A stretch of 64,000 nt of DNA from the NCBI GenBank assembly GCA_965112155.1, contig OZ218114.1. One strand, written 5' to 3'. Both the position numbers and the translations under genes were made by a program. Under the pieces are notes generated by a model, which had not been told where the DNA came from, ran no database searches, and saw only the letters and a list, made by a program, of their open reading frames with translations. Below are positions 10,626 to 24,310 of the stretch, piece by piece; position 1 is the first letter of the stretch, and the number at the start of each line of letters is the position of its first letter. This stretch comes from Podarcis liolepis (Eukaryota).

Positions 10626-11818
10626 CTATTCCAGAAAAGAGAGGAAACAAGCGGAGGAACGTTTTAATCTATAACAGAAAACGGTTCATTTCACAATCAA
10701 CAACCTTGGGTGTGCAGGACCTGGAGAGAGAAGAGCATGGGAGGAATGGCGGATGGAGAGGGGACCTGCCATCCTCACCTCAACAAAGTAGGGCATCCAT
10801 TGCTTTTTTGATGATACAATTAATACGCAAGCTTTAGACTAACAAAGATCTCTCTGATCACCCATGGAAGGGTTGCTAATTTTTTACCCCTAGATAGGGC
10901 TTCTTAATAAATTTACAATTCAGAAGTTGGAAAACTCTAGAGTTGTTACCTGATGTTAAGCTTCCTCTATACAAAAACACAGAGAGATGAAATTCTACTC
11001 TATCAAAGATAGATCCTGTTGTGGCCCTGCTCTTTCTCCATGTCATGCTCCCACAGAGTCCAAAACTAACAGTTTCTTCATGGTTAGTCAATAGATAAAG
11101 GGCCAAGGGTCCACTGTGCTCTTCCTATTTTTGCCCTGGAACTCTTTCCCAAAACCCCATGTTTATTTGTCCACTTTTTATTTGTTGCACTTAGTCAGAT
11201 TTTTTCTGAGTTTATCTGCCTTGCTCTGCCCACTGTGCTTATCAGGGCTCAGAGCAGCAGGACACACTAGGCTTTTGGGACTCAATGCTCCTTCCTCCTT
11301 CCTTGTTGTTAAGAGTGGTTGCTAGGGGCACTCTGTGCTTCCGGACTCATTAGTCCTTCTTTGTCCCCCTCCCTTCTATGCAGACACCTTTTATACGATC
11401 AGAACAGAAGTATGAGTGGTTTTTGGGTTTTTTGCGTAACAGGGTCATTTGGAAAATGAGGGGGAAATCCTGGGTCGCAGTCAGGCAATAACCAGAAGCA
11501 TGCAGTTCAACAGTGAGAAAACTCCTAATGAAAAACTGACCAGATTGAGGGAGAGGGCATGGAAAGAAAGGGAGGAGGTGAAAGAAGGCTGCCTCTGCCT
11601 ACAAATTTGTGGAAATTTCGATGAAACTTATTCACAAGCCCTTGCAAAATCAGTTTTTCAAGTGGGCCAAATCTCCCTTCAGAATTTCCACGTATCAGTT
11701 AAGATAAGATTTTTGCAAGAAACCTATGGCACAGCTGTGGAACAGCATTAAAAGTTCTTGGGCATGGGGAAATCAATCTGTGCACAAGTCGATTAAAATA
11801 TGGATCAAGCAAAGGTAT

Positions 11819-12365
11819 TGCTATGAATTTGTGGGGTGCAAGACACCCTAAATTCCTGGGTCCAATAAAAGTTGGACTTAATCCATGTTTGCGAGTTAGG
11901 CTGTGGCAAACACTGAACCCCTGGATTGTGTTAACAAGTCAGGCCAGCCTGGTGACTGCTAGCTGAATGTGGGTTGTTAGGGGGACAAAGACCAGTGATG
12001 ACCCAATCAAGAAAGCCACCAGGAGGGCAAAGACTGTGCCACTCCTCCAGCTGTGTGTCAGTGGGCAGAGACAAAAAATGGGTTTAGGATTTTAGTTTGG
12101 ATGTTGTAGGCCAGAAGGGACTAGTTTCACCAGGTTAGCGATGATAAGGAAGAAGGAAGGTGAAGAACACTATGTGGGCTAACTGGAACAGGCTTTAACA
12201 AAGAGAAAGACAACATGGCTATTGTTTTCTGTTCTTAAACCCATGTCTGCTGCATCCATGGGAGAAAGCAAGAGACCCTCTTGGAATGTGAAAGCTCTCC
12301 ATCTAAACTCACGTTATACGTATGTGTAAATAAACCATGTATCACAAAGACATCACAGTCTCTGC
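11819..12365 (+). mobile_element. Possible LTR-derived fragment
   Basis: LTR-like 3' part with tgtaaataaaccat polyA signal (about 12328); no clear TSD or terminal CA. Confidence 0.4.
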
Positions 12366-12390
12366 TGGTTGGCAGTACTCAACACCCTAC

Positions 12391-12561
12391 CTTCCTTAGC
12401 ATCGTACATCCTGGAGTGCCAGTCTTCCTCTCCCCGCGCTCGCCACTCTGCCTTGTACCGGAGGATGGGAACTCCGCCTGTAGCCTCAGGTTCATCAAAT
12501 TCCACTTGGGCTGTGCTTGAATAGGGTTCCACTCTCTCAATGGAAGGTGCAGATGGAGTAT
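12391..12561 (-). CDS. NCAM1: NCAM1 exon 11, FN3-1 N-half, 171 nt
   Basis: tctcag|AT ACT CCA...GAA G|gtaggg; DTPSAPSIERVEPYSSTAQVEFDEPEATGGVPILRYKAEWRARGEEDWHSRMYDAKE. Confidence 0.96.
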
Positions 12562-12676
12562 CTGAGACAGGGAGGAAGGCGGAACAGACTAATGAGGCCA
12601 GATAGGGCAGGCTCAGGGCAAACTTTCACACATAAAAAACTTTGCAGTATATGCAGAGTATATTTTGTGTGGTGCT

Positions 12677-13095
12677 TGTCAGGACTGGTCGTTGTCCTCT
12701 TCAGATCACCACACAAACGCTTCTTGTTGTTTTATAACTTTTTATTGCGTATTAACAAAACAATCTTATAAACGGTTCTTAAATATTATTCCTCAGAGTC
12801 ACTTCTTTCAGATACCTTCTGAGCTCTGCTTCTCCGTGACCAGCCACTCTCAAAATGGCGAAGGCGCCCTTCCCTTTGCTTTCCCGCTCTTTTTTCTAAC
12901 CTCCTGGCTAGAGCTGGCTTGTATCTCCCCTCCTCCGAAACTGAGCTAGAACTGAACCCTTGCCTTTCCTGTGAACAGCCAGTCCCTCCCTGTTGTTCCT
13001 CTTGCTCTCTTCTGTTAGATTCACTGCTCTCCTTCTCCCCTTGGGGAATGCTTTCTCCCTCTGAGAAACTGGAAACTTCTAACTCTTCCCTGACA
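12677..13095 (-). mobile_element. Solo LTR (Gypsy/ERV-like), 419 bp
   Basis: TGTCAGG...CCTGACA inverted termini; 5-bp TSD gtgct/gtggt (1 mismatch); AATAAA on minus strand (tttatt at 12741). Confidence 0.7.
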
Positions 13096-13503
13096 GTGGT
13101 GACCCCATTCCTTCCCCCCTACTCAAAATGCCTCTTTGAACTGAACATTATTGGGAAAAGAAAATAGTAGCAACTTTCACCCCTTGAACACTGTTTGCGC
13201 CTTACTCATCTCTGACACCTTTTACCCCAAAGTTTGGGCTGAACTGCCAAAAGTTTTGTACAGTCTTAGAAGAAACTCTACATGGGAATCACTGTAGTAG
13301 CCATAGCTTAGGCTAAGGTCTTTCAAACTGTTCAGGATAGCATCTTTGAGAGTTGTAGATGCTCTACCAAGAAATTTGTGTGTGGTCAATAGGAAACCAC
13401 TGAGCAAGCTTATAAGGCAGCACAGTTTCATTCAGAAAAAAATGGGGGAGAGGAAAGTTTCTAGACCTCATGTGTACCTCTGAGGGGCACTTGGATGACT
13501 CAC

Positions 13504-13600
13504 CTGCTTGTACAAGGATGAACTCTGAGGACTCCTGACCAATCCGGTTGACTGCTGTGCAGTTGTAGTTTCCAAAATCATTTTCTGAGTCTGGTGTCAC
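13504..13600 (-). CDS. NCAM1: NCAM1 exon 10, Ig5 C-part, 97 nt
   Basis: ttgcag|GTG ACA...GCA G|gtgagt; VTPDSENDFGNYNCTAVNRIGQESSEFILVQA; NCT polysialylation sequon intact. Confidence 0.97.
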
Positions 13601-13699
13601 CTGCAAAGGGGAAATTGATCAGGAGGGTTAGAGCACCTTCCCTACTCGAAAAGAATAAAGAATTTGGAGTTTTTTATTTCTAATAAAAAAAGACGACTA

Positions 13700-14500
13700 T
13701 TACAAATTACAATTACAAATTAATGAGGGAGGATTTGGTATTCAGAATCCAGAGCTATATCATCATGCTTACTTATTGTCAAGCATTAAATACTGGAATC
13801 CAACAATTGGTGTTAATTTTCTGATTTATTTTCTGATAATTTTCTGTTACTAGAAAAATTGGTTAAATCTTTTAAAACAAAAAAAAATGTGATGACTTTT
13901 TAGATATTTCTCAATAAATCAGTTTGATATGAAGATGTTAAGAAATGAAGAGAATATAGAATTGGAGGATCCTGTATTGCCAAAACAATGGGAGAGTGTT
14001 ATAACCTCTATAACAAAGGTGTCAATGGACCTTAAATTATGACATACAATGCAAAATAATATTTAGAATTTATTGGACTCCACTATGTTTTCACAGAAAA
14101 GGACTAAGACAGCATTTTGTTGGAGATGTAATAAGGGTAATACTACTTTAAAGCACATGGTTTTATAATGGCCTTAACTTACTAAGTTTTGGGAGAAAGT
14201 AGTGAATTATATAAATATGTGTGGCAGAAAAGCTATTTTTTCAGAGGATAATAGTCTTTTGAACTACATGCCTACTATATGGAATTTGACAACAGGGCAA
14301 CATAAATCAATTCATTGTGCCTTTACTATGTGTTGCCAAAAGATGATATTGCTGCACTGGAAAGATAAATGTATGGCTTGAAGACCAGGATTGAGGACCT
14401 GACTACACTTGCCACTTACGAGTGGATTGCTTAAAGACGTAGACTTTGCATGGACAAGTATAATGAAATTTGGAAAATATAGGAGATTAAAAAGTGTATT
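13700..14500 (+). mobile_element. L1/Tx1-type LINE ORF2 3' fragment (decayed)
   Basis: YWTPL...CWRCNKGNTTLKHMVL...FWEKV near 14070-14200, matching the C-terminal Cys/His motif of L1-clade ORF2; many stops. Confidence 0.75.
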
Positions 14501-14714
14501 AGAAATAACCTGACTACTGGCCATGCTGGATGGGATAGGAGCTGCAGCCACAGACCCTCACCCACTGGCTGTATGCTCAACTCCTTTCACCCTTAAGGAG
14601 AAACAAGTGTGGTCAAACCAAACACCCACCCTCCATGATGAAGAGGAGATTCTACATCCCCATGAATATGTATGTGCCCCAGGTTTCTTCTTAGCAGGGA
14701 ACTGTATGTCTCAC

Positions 14715-14899
14715 CTCTAGGTAACTGGCAGTTGGAGTGTTGTAGATCCTAATGTTGCTATAGTTGGAGCTTGGCAGCAGCTGCCCATCTCGGAACCAGG
14801 AGATGACAGCACTTGGGTATGCAAACACCTCACAGGTGATGTTCACCTGGTTGCCTTCCCAAGTGTAAACGGCAACAGGGCCCTGTAGCTTCGGGGCAT
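14715..14899 (-). CDS. NCAM1: NCAM1 exon 9, Ig5 N-part, 185 nt
   Basis: tttcag|AT GCC CCG...CTA GAG|gtgaga; YAPKLQGPVAVYTWEGNQVNITCEVFAYPSAVISWFRDGQLLPSSNYSNIRIYNTPTASYLE; NIT and NYS sequons intact; not in the ORF track. Confidence 0.97.
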
Positions 14900-15704
14900 C
14901 TGAAAAAAGGAGAAAGCAGTATTTGGAAAAGTCATTAGCAAGTGAGAGTAAAGAGCCCCTCTCTAGAGGTGCTGCAACATTTCCTTCTCATACCTTCCCA
15001 AGTGCTAATAGCTAACCTTCTGCTCAACACCATGGAAAGATAACCAGTTTACAATTCTAGCTTCAAGAGTCTGCTCCTTGTGATGCCCTGGAACAGATTT
15101 GGTGCAGCCACTTCTCCTTGGATAGATAATATAAACTCTGGCAGATAATATAAACTTTGTGGCCCTGACTATGGGTGGCTGCAGACAACTGAGTCTTTGT
15201 CCAGCAAGTGTTGCTTTCTGCAGCTGGCTGTTGAGGGGAATCCTACGGGTTTAGAAATCCTAAAGGGATCTAAAAGCCAGAAGTCCTTTGCTGCTAAAGA
15301 CTGAGAACATAAGAGCAGAGGCCCTTCTGGCCTAGAATTCTGTGTCCAATGGTAGCCAGCTAGAAGCTTCTTAAAACTCAGAGGAGTTAATGAAGGCAAC
15401 AGCCCCCCTTTACTGTTTGTGACCAGTCGTGTTATTCAGAGCTATACTGCATCTGAATGTGACGTTCTCACACAGCTACAGTAACTTCTCACCACCACTG
15501 TGCCCCTCTTCCATCATTATAACCCCTGCTTGCTATACCCAGAAAGCCATGCCCTCCACTACCTCCCTAAAATTCTTCCCTCCTTCCCTCCACACATAAA
15601 CATTCTGTGGGTTTGGACCCCTGGGGAGAAGAGAGGGCAGGCAGTGGAAAAAGGCAGAACCTGTACAATGGGAATGGGAGTGATGGTGAAATGTGCCCAC
15701 TTAC

Positions 15705-15855
15705 ACTGGACTTCCAGGTGCATGGCTTGGGAATCTTGCCCTATGGTGTTGCTGGCTATGCAGATGTACTCCCCAGCATCCGTGTACTGAATGTCTTTCA
15801 GCGTCAGAGAAGATACCCGCGCATGGCTGCGCACCACAATGCGCCCATCCAGGGT
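15705..15855 (-). CDS. NCAM1: NCAM1 exon 8, Ig4 C-half, 151 nt
   Basis: gccag|ACC CTG GAT...CAG T|gtaagt; TLDGRIVVRSHARVSSLTLKDIQYTDAGEYICIASNTIGQDSQAMHLEVQ. Confidence 0.97.
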
Positions 15856-16001
15856 CTGGCAGGAAAAGGAGAGAAGAGTTCAGAAGATATGGAAGATATG
15901 AGCAGATAAAGGTGCATTCAGAGAGCAGGGAATGCTTGGAAATCAGGCTGGGCTTTGCTAGGCATCATTTACCCTATGTCCATCATTCAGACATGGAATG
16001 G

Positions 16002-16131
16002 GGGAAGCAGTGGCCCTCCAAAAGTTGATGGACTCCAACTCACATTATCCTTGACCACTGGTCATTCTGGCTTGGGCTGATGGGAGATGTAGCCCCCAAA
16101 CATCTTGAGGACCACATGTTCCTCACTCCTG
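16002..16131. mobile_element. Short palindromic MITE-like repeat copy
   Basis: gtggccctccaaaagttgatggactccaactc...tgatgggagatgtagcccccaaacatcttgaggaccac; arms are imperfect inverted repeats. Confidence 0.65.
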
Positions 16132-19100
16132 GCTGAGACACTAAGAGGCTGCCACCTGCATTCTGCTTTCCGGAGGTCATGATTCTTTCCTTGCTGTCTG
16201 CCCTATGAAGCTGAACTGAGCCAACAAAAACCTGCTTAACAAGATTGCTTTGTTTTCAGGGTGCAAAGTTGCACTCCTGCCATGTGAAGGCAGGAGCAAA
16301 ATAAACCCACTGTGCTGACATCCTGGTCCAATTTAATTTCTAATTAATTTCTTCAACGGCTGTTCACAGGCAGGATGGATACCACTGCCTTGTATTTCCA
16401 GCACTGAGCTGAAGTAGAGTGCAGGAAGACAGGGAAATGCTCCTGTGTTGCCCAGGCAAATGTCCGGAAAATGGCAGCACTCATCATAGCTGCAACCAAC
16501 AGACTTATGCTCCACCAAGAAAAATAGCTGTAATCTTGGCTTTCAGACAACCCTACAAATGTCATGATGCTTTGGTTCAGTCTTAGCAATGACAAAAATA
16601 TTAGCAATGAAGGGGAATGAGGTCATTTCGGAGAGCAATTGGACTGGACTCTGTGCTGTGCAGCCAGCAACATAGTATCTGTATTCCAGACTTTCACACT
16701 GTCCTGGTTGCTGCAGCTGAGCCTGGCTTAACTGCAGCTCCAGACAGGTCTTGAAATTCCAGTGGTGACATGTCAGATTCCTCTCCCAATGAGGCTGATG
16801 CCATTTTGAAGGAGTTCCTTCCTGGATCCAATTCTCTAGGCTAGAATCTTGTTTCTGGTATCAGCCTGCTAGAGGTCCCTGGGGAGGACATGAAAGAAAC
16901 AGGCGAAGACTGTGGTTTGACCTTGCAATCGGTTCACAGAGGTAGACCGCCCTGAACGTGGAGGCTAAATATAAATATCATAGATAATGGCAATTGATAA
17001 TATTTGTCCTCAAAACTGTTTTGATGCAGTTGCTCTTTTTTCACATGTGGGAAAGGCGGCTATTGCATCGTGGCTGGTGAAGCTTGGATAAAGAGAGGGG
17101 TTTTTCCCACCCCTCCCCACCCATTCCCCTTAATGCAAATGCACAAAAAGAAATAAAACAAGCACACAACCCACACCCCAAAAACATCCCCACCTAACCA
17201 AATACTCCCAAGAGAAAAATTCCTGTAGATTAACAAAGGAATAGCAAGATGTTTCTACAAAAGGAAAACAAAGGTGGTGTCTACTAGAAAGCTGCCTATC
17301 AATGAAAAAGCGATTCTTCCAAATTGGGGCAGTGAGATTATTAATATACTCCATTCAGGGTGAAAATGCATCAAGAGGCTGTCAGCTGGTCCCTGTTCTT
17401 TCATCTGCAGCCGAATCAACATTCCATAATATGCACATCAAAAGTGGCACTTGTGGCCTGATTAGGCTCCAGCCAGCTACAAAGGGAACACACACTCAAC
17501 TGAATGCCCAGTTTTATCATCAGTTGTCATGGCAACAGAGGCACAAGGAAGATGATCCAGGAAGTCCTATTTGGGTATATGTTCCTATGCCCTTGCAGCA
17601 GTGAACAACTTTACATCCCATGAAAATCAGCCAACTTTGCTAAAGGTGTCACATCAAAGAACCACTTTGGTTAACAAAGCATATTAATGTCCAGGAGGGG
17701 CAGATCTAACAAGATTAATTCACACATGACAATTTATCACTTATATATAGAAAATCTGCACATTTCTGTCCAATGCACATGTACTGGAATTCTTCATTTG
17801 ACAATAGTTTTCCATATGCATACATGGTGAAGAAGAAATTCTTGCATTTTGCAAACACCCCCTCCCTCACTTCAGTGTTTTACCCACTCCCAAATGCCAC
17901 CCTCTTTGCTTCTGACATACTGCCTCTCTTCCCTTGAAAACAAATTCTGGATTGGGTCCAAACACCCCAAAACACAAAACAGGTCTTGGGTTGGGGAAAG
18001 GAATGCATTTTCAAGGTATTTCATCTCTCTCCCCAAAAAGTGATTTTGCTGTACCTTCAATTCTTTTGAGAAACAAATAAATATTGTATCCTAACAGATA
18101 GATAGAATTATGCTAGGAAGTATGGGGCTAAAGGACTTTAAAAGGTTACAAGCAATAGCACCCCCCCATACAAATACACGATGGCAGTTTTACCAGCTCA
18201 ATTTCCCCCCACAAAATACTCTGAGGAAAAACAAGCTGGATTCACCTTGTGGAATAAGCAAATGAATACATTCTTAGAGAACTGGAGTTTATGAGCACCA
18301 CCTCTCAGTAGTAAAACAGCACATGCAGCACGGAGGATATTAAATTATATACAAATGGATGTAGAAAGATGGTGGGCTGACTTGAGTTCTTACCATCTTT
18401 TTTCTGTTTACTAGGAACCCTGCAATCCACCAACATGTTTCACATTTTATAAAAACAAAACTGTCTAGACTCAGTTTCTCATAAGACTTAAGGATTATGG
18501 CCAAACTGGGCATGAATGCATCTTATTTTCAAAAGGAAGTCACTGCATGGGGCTATGGTGCTTTGCCGTCATGCAAATTTCTTCTTCCTATGGCTAACCA
18601 TCAGTCTATGGCTAACCATGCACTGGGGAAATGGTTAAAGCCTCTCTGTTCAGCTCAAATTCATATCAGGCTCCCCCAAGACTTTTTCTGGCAAAACAGA
18701 AAGACATTGACTATGCCCTCATGCATTTCCAGCATCACACCTAGCTCAAGCCCTTGACGATCTGTGATCATCTTAATGCATTCTTACTTAAGAGGTTCTT
18801 ATCAGGCTGAGATTCCACCTAATTCAGTATTCTTTCCAACAGACCCAGCACCTGGCAAGTGAAGGTGGTTCATCTAGAAATTGGTCCAGCAGCAAAGGAA
18901 GATCTACCTTCTGCCTGGGTTCAGAAGCAGATCACAGAAATGACCAAGAAATGACAGAAGCTCATCCTACAGAGTTCCCATCAGAGTAAGAATAACCCTT
19001 CTCATCTCCTGCCATAGATGCATACATAATGAAGAAATGGAAGAGAGGATGATTCAGATAGGATCTCCAGCATGTTGTTGTGTTTTGGCTCTTAAGAGTT

Positions 19101-20202
19101 TGGAACTCTAAGCAGCAGCTAAAGAAATTATGAGAACCACAGCAGAACCCACAGTTTCTTGCACCAGACTTCTCAGACTGATTTTGCTATAAGCCGGGTC
19201 ATGTTTACTAGTACGCGGTTCTGACGCATTTCAAGAAGTCTACCCCATCCAATTTATGCAATACACGTTTCATTTGCTCGGTACACAATCCCAGTTTAAT
19301 GGAAGCTGTTGGTCAAAATCATCTTTGCTAAAGTAGGGTTACGATTTAAATTATCCCCTTCCCTTCCTGCTCCCAATTTCCCAATCACAAAATTGAGCAT
19401 GAAGTCCAAACTTGATGGATGTGGGATGAATGCACGCGATCAATCCCTCTCTGTTGCATTGTGGCTGAAGTTGGTGATCCATACAATACAGATAGGAGCT
19501 CCAGTTCGACATCTAGGTCAGTCAATTACCCATCTCTAAATGTAGTCTATAGGACCATCTTCTGGAGAACATATAGACTTTGAGATAGGTAACTGCACTG
19601 CTTCTGAGATGGAATGTGATGCAAACATTTTAAAGTAGAGCAGAACGTGCCTAACTGAAGGAGAATGAGCAAACAAGTGAATTTGAGCTGGGCTAAGTGG
19701 GCTGTGAGCACAAATCCTGAGATGAGGGGACTTACCAACTCACCCTCACCTTACTCCATGAGCCCATGGATGTCATGGATGAACAATGCTTTTAAGAACT
19801 TTGCTTTGGGAATTTGTGCCTAAAAGAGCTTTCAGCCTTCTAGGTCCAAAACGGAGAATATTGTTCATTGTTATTGAACATCACAGGTCCACTTTAATCC
19901 CACCAAAGCCCCACGGTGGAGGTCCTTGGTGATGTTTGTCCCATTCCAAAGACACTGTGCTTGCTCATCCAAAGATGCAGTAGGACAGAAAGAGGTTTCT
20001 AGAGCTACCAGCAGATAGCTTGAACTTATTATAGTAGATATATAGATAATCAACACCAATGCAGTTACATTATTAATACTAGATTTAGTTGGGTTGCTTA
20101 CTGCTACAAGAAATTTGTTAATCCACAACATATAAATACATATTTATACACATATATACACAAAGCTAGAGAAGATTGGCTATTTGTCTGGTAATCTTAT
20201 AC

Positions 20203-20232
20203 CTCTTGTTTCTCGGGCCGGGTCCATGAAGC
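20203..20232 (-). CDS. NCAM1: NCAM1 VASE (pi) alternative micro-exon, 30 nt, inserts ASWTRPEKQE into Ig4
   Basis: ctctccag|GCT TCA TGG ACC CGG CCC GAG AAA CAA GAG|gtataa; phase 0-0; between exons 7 and 8; peptide identical to known VASE. Confidence 0.96.
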
Positions 20233-23200
20233 CTGGAGAGAACAGATAGATAAAACACAACACACACAAAAAAAGAGCAGTAAATGTTTACAAATGTTGT
20301 TGCTTCCCCCGCTTCAGTTAATACGTTGTATGCATCACACTGCATTCCGTGCACATGCGAAACCAAATTTAAGAAGGGAGGTGAGGTGGGTGGGACAATG
20401 AAGGGCAAGGGGGATTACAGTGGGACCTCCATTCCCTGGTATTTGTTCCAAATCAGTAATTAAAGCAACAACAACAACCCCAAGTTTGATTGATCAAGGG
20501 CTAAATTATCATTTGCAGACTCTGCTTCTGCTCAGCAGCAAGGCAACTTAATCTGCACATTTGGCTCTGTCACACCATTTTGCCGCAAGCAGCCCCCAAT
20601 GGCAGCAATCCCAGCGACACCCCCACCCCTGCCCCACTGCAGCAGCTTTGCAATGCAAAGATATGGACAGAAATGTTTTCCTGGCACGGCAGAAGCATAT
20701 TACTCTGTGTCCACAAGCAGAGAACAGCTATTAAAGCGACACATTTTAAATGCTTTCTCATGCATGCATACAAGCATATTTTCTTTTTATGTTATATCAT
20801 ATTATTATGATGCATGCTGTTAAAGAGGCAAGAATGCTCATATCAGAAAAAAGAAGCACAATTTGAAATCTATTGAAAACAAGAAAAATAGAATCCAATT
20901 TAAACCTCGGGGTCAATTTCTCTACTACCTGAAACCCAAGGACGTTTTCCACCTATGCCCATTTTCCTGGTTTAATCTGCTGCAGTAAAAGGAGTCCATA
21001 ATCACCTGGTAATAGAATCACACGACCAGGAAGATGCAAGACTTTGGGTGCAGTGAACACTGCGGATGTTTGGATGGCAGCAACAGACACAAAGGCCAAT
21101 GGACACCAAACACAAATGGCATGTTCAGGGAGTGAGGATGAGCAATGAGGCACCTGTTTCCCAAATCATTCCCAGCAAGGTCAGCGCCACCAGCTCTGAC
21201 GATGACCACAGTTTCCGACATACTGCGTGCACACAAACCCTGCCTCAACAATTTCTGTCTCTGCTCTGACTCAGGAAGTGCTTAGAGCCTTCACCAACCT
21301 GGTGCCCTCCAGATGTTCTGGACAACAACTCACATCAGCTCCAGCTACCACAATTGGCATAGAGATCCCACAGCTGCCCTGAGGATTCTTCCCTCTGTAG
21401 AAACGTCCCCATTCAATACAGTGGGGGACCCAATCTGCAGCTTCAGGTGACAGCTACTCACATAAGAGACTTGCATGCAAATACGACTGCTTGTACATGT
21501 GTAAGACTACATTACAAACAAGCCTAGTTACCCATCATACGTTAGCAATATTGCCCTGACTCCTCCTAAGCAGCAACCTGAAATCATTGACACTGCTGAT
21601 GTTAATCTAAAGGAACTTTGGCCTTGTGCTGAGCCCCACTGGATGTTCTTCCCAAACACAACCGGGAGAACCAAAACAGCAGGAGTAAGGACATTTCCTT
21701 CTTGCAACAAACATATGCACTACAAATCCATAAGCCCCAAGTTCAATAAACTCCCTATAAGGATTTAGTTAAGTCAACTCTCAGTCTCAGTTTACCCCAT
21801 CTGCAACATGGGGAGAATAGTACTGACCCCAACTTACAAGGCATGTTAAGGAATACTAAAATAATAGATAAGAAGTACTTTTAGTTATTTAAAACACTAT
21901 ATAAATGCTAATTATTATTTGTCATTATCATCATTAAAGCTGCATTGAAGTGGGCAAAACTCCAGGCATTTCTAACAAAATCAATCCTTTTGAAGATCAT
22001 ATTCAAAAGTATGTACAAGCCATTTATTTTGGTGGAGGCACTACTAATTGAAGCTAAGGAATTTGGCACAAAAGAGACGATTGACTGATTGCCTTGACAA
22101 TGATGCATATAGTATTACAACTAACCTTGACAAACTTGAATTATAAATCATGAGCTAAGAGGCAGTCAGGTGGGGGAAACTGACTGGAGGTTTTCTGGAG
22201 AAGAAAAAGATTACCCCCTGTACTCCAATTCCCGTCCTGACTTTATGGCATGGATGACCAACCTGATAGGGCTCTAACCCAATTTCTCTAGCTATTGGCC
22301 ATGCTAGCTGGGGCTGATGGGTCTTAAGAGTCTAAGAACAGCCAGAGGCTCACAGGTTAGCCACTCCTAAGTGTATGGGTTCTCGTTTTACTATGATACC
22401 AACTCACAAAGGTAAAATCTATCACAATGATAGGGAGGGGCCAGAGGTATATAATTTAGTTAATTTAGCTAATTCTCCAATAAGCAGAACCCCTATAAAC
22501 CCTTTGCCAAGTGTGTTGGGAAGGCAGCTAATATGAAAAATGGGATCAATGTGTCTTTTCCATCTATTTAGTTTTTATTTTATTTATTTATTAAATTTGT
22601 ACTCCGCCCTATACCTGTAGATCTCAGGGTGGTTCACAACATATAAAAAACAGAAAACACATAATAAAAACAAGAACAAAGACAACCCAATAACCGCCCA
22701 CCCTTCCACAACGCATTTTTAAAAGGCACTGGATGTCTATCAGTCAAAGGCCTGGTTAATGTTGAACGTTTTTGCCTGGTGCCTAAAGGTGTACCTTATC
22801 TTTATTAATCATACATACATATATAGTTTGGTCTGACAACTTAGGGCAAGAGGTTGGGGCAACACTGCTTAGAGCTGACTGTGACTAACTGGTATACAAC
22901 TTGTTGAAATACTCATTTTATTTTTTAAAGGCTGCTGGGCCAAACCTTCTTGAGGAGTTCCAGGTCCTCGGCCTAAGTTTCCAAAACAGAGGCAAATAAG
23001 TTTATGTGCATGAGGGGAAGGTAGATGGCAGGGGGGCTGCACTGGGTGGCAGTCTACTTTGTGGGAATCAGGGAGAAAGTTACTTGGCTACCTCCACTGT
23101 TTAAGGAACTGTCTACCAGGTGTAACTCTAACATTACCACTGTGCACTGAGCTGGAGGCTTTGCACAATGGGCCCAATGGGACAGTGGGCCTAAGAACGC

Positions 23201-24278
23201 TGGCAAGAAACCAGCCCTAAGGTTGTGTGTATTTCTTCTGTTTCACCAAGAGAAGCTGCATAACTGATAGCAGACATGGTGTTGCAAATGAAGATTCCCA
23301 CCACCACACAAGGCACCATTCCTGGCAGCACAATTGATCCATAGACAGCACTGTTCCTGTATCTAGATAACGCCTTGACTTGACTGCAACTAAATTATAC
23401 CGTTTGCACAGTCAATGGGCACCTCTAAGCTTTTGCACAAATCCCATTCATTCACATAATCAACAGTTTTGAATAACAAACACCTGATCATCCGTTCGAC
23501 AACCTGGTAAACCTTGCAAGGATCTAGTCCAGTTTAATTCTCATGCAAGAGAAACTGGACTAACCCCAGGCTTCACTGGTTTGGACAACTGGAACTATGT
23601 CCTGCCATCTGCTGATTAATACAAATGCATACCATGCACTGGTATTTAGCTGTGACATTTGAGAGTTACTGTGATAAGAACTAAGCTGCCATGTGGAATC
23701 AGATCAAAAGACCCATTTAACCCAGCTTCCTGTGGTCAACAGGAACCGAGAGATGTTTCATGGAAATTCATGAGCCAGCAAAGGAAGTGATAATTTATTC
23801 TTACTGTTCAGACCCCATCATCTGTTAGTCAGAAATGTACCACTGCTGGAAGATGGGGATTACAATTTTGGCTGCTGAACTGAACTAGACTTCCCCAACT
23901 GGTGCCCTTCAGATGTTGTTGGACTTCAACTCTCATCAACTGCAGCCAGAATTATGAATGCTCAAAAATGAAGATAAAATTTGTAATTGCAAGCATCTGG
24001 AGGGTACCCAGTTGGGGAAGGATCTGCTAAATCAACTCCACTCCTCCTTTTATTATGGTGTGCTAACAATATTGAGCACTGATGGTTTAGGAGGCCCATT
24101 TGTTGCCATTTTGCTTCACCCCACACTTGCTTAGTCTGCTCCCATAGCACAGATCTCTTGTTTGAACTAATGACAAAACCAAAGCATAAATGCCTGAAAA
24201 TTAACTGGAATGTAATGGCAATATACAAAGAACAAGGAAACTCATCAGCAAGGCATCCAGCCCACACACCAGACAAAA

Positions 24279-24310
<32 letters not shown>

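Noticed and set aside
10241-10837. 198-aa plus-strand ORF
   Set aside because: Antisense shadow of exon 12 plus purine-rich intron flanks.
15123-15160. Short direct duplications (agataatataaact twice; also ctatggctaaccat twice near 18588)
   Set aside because: Two-copy slippage duplications, not arrays. Nothing CRISPR-like or prokaryotic is present in the window.
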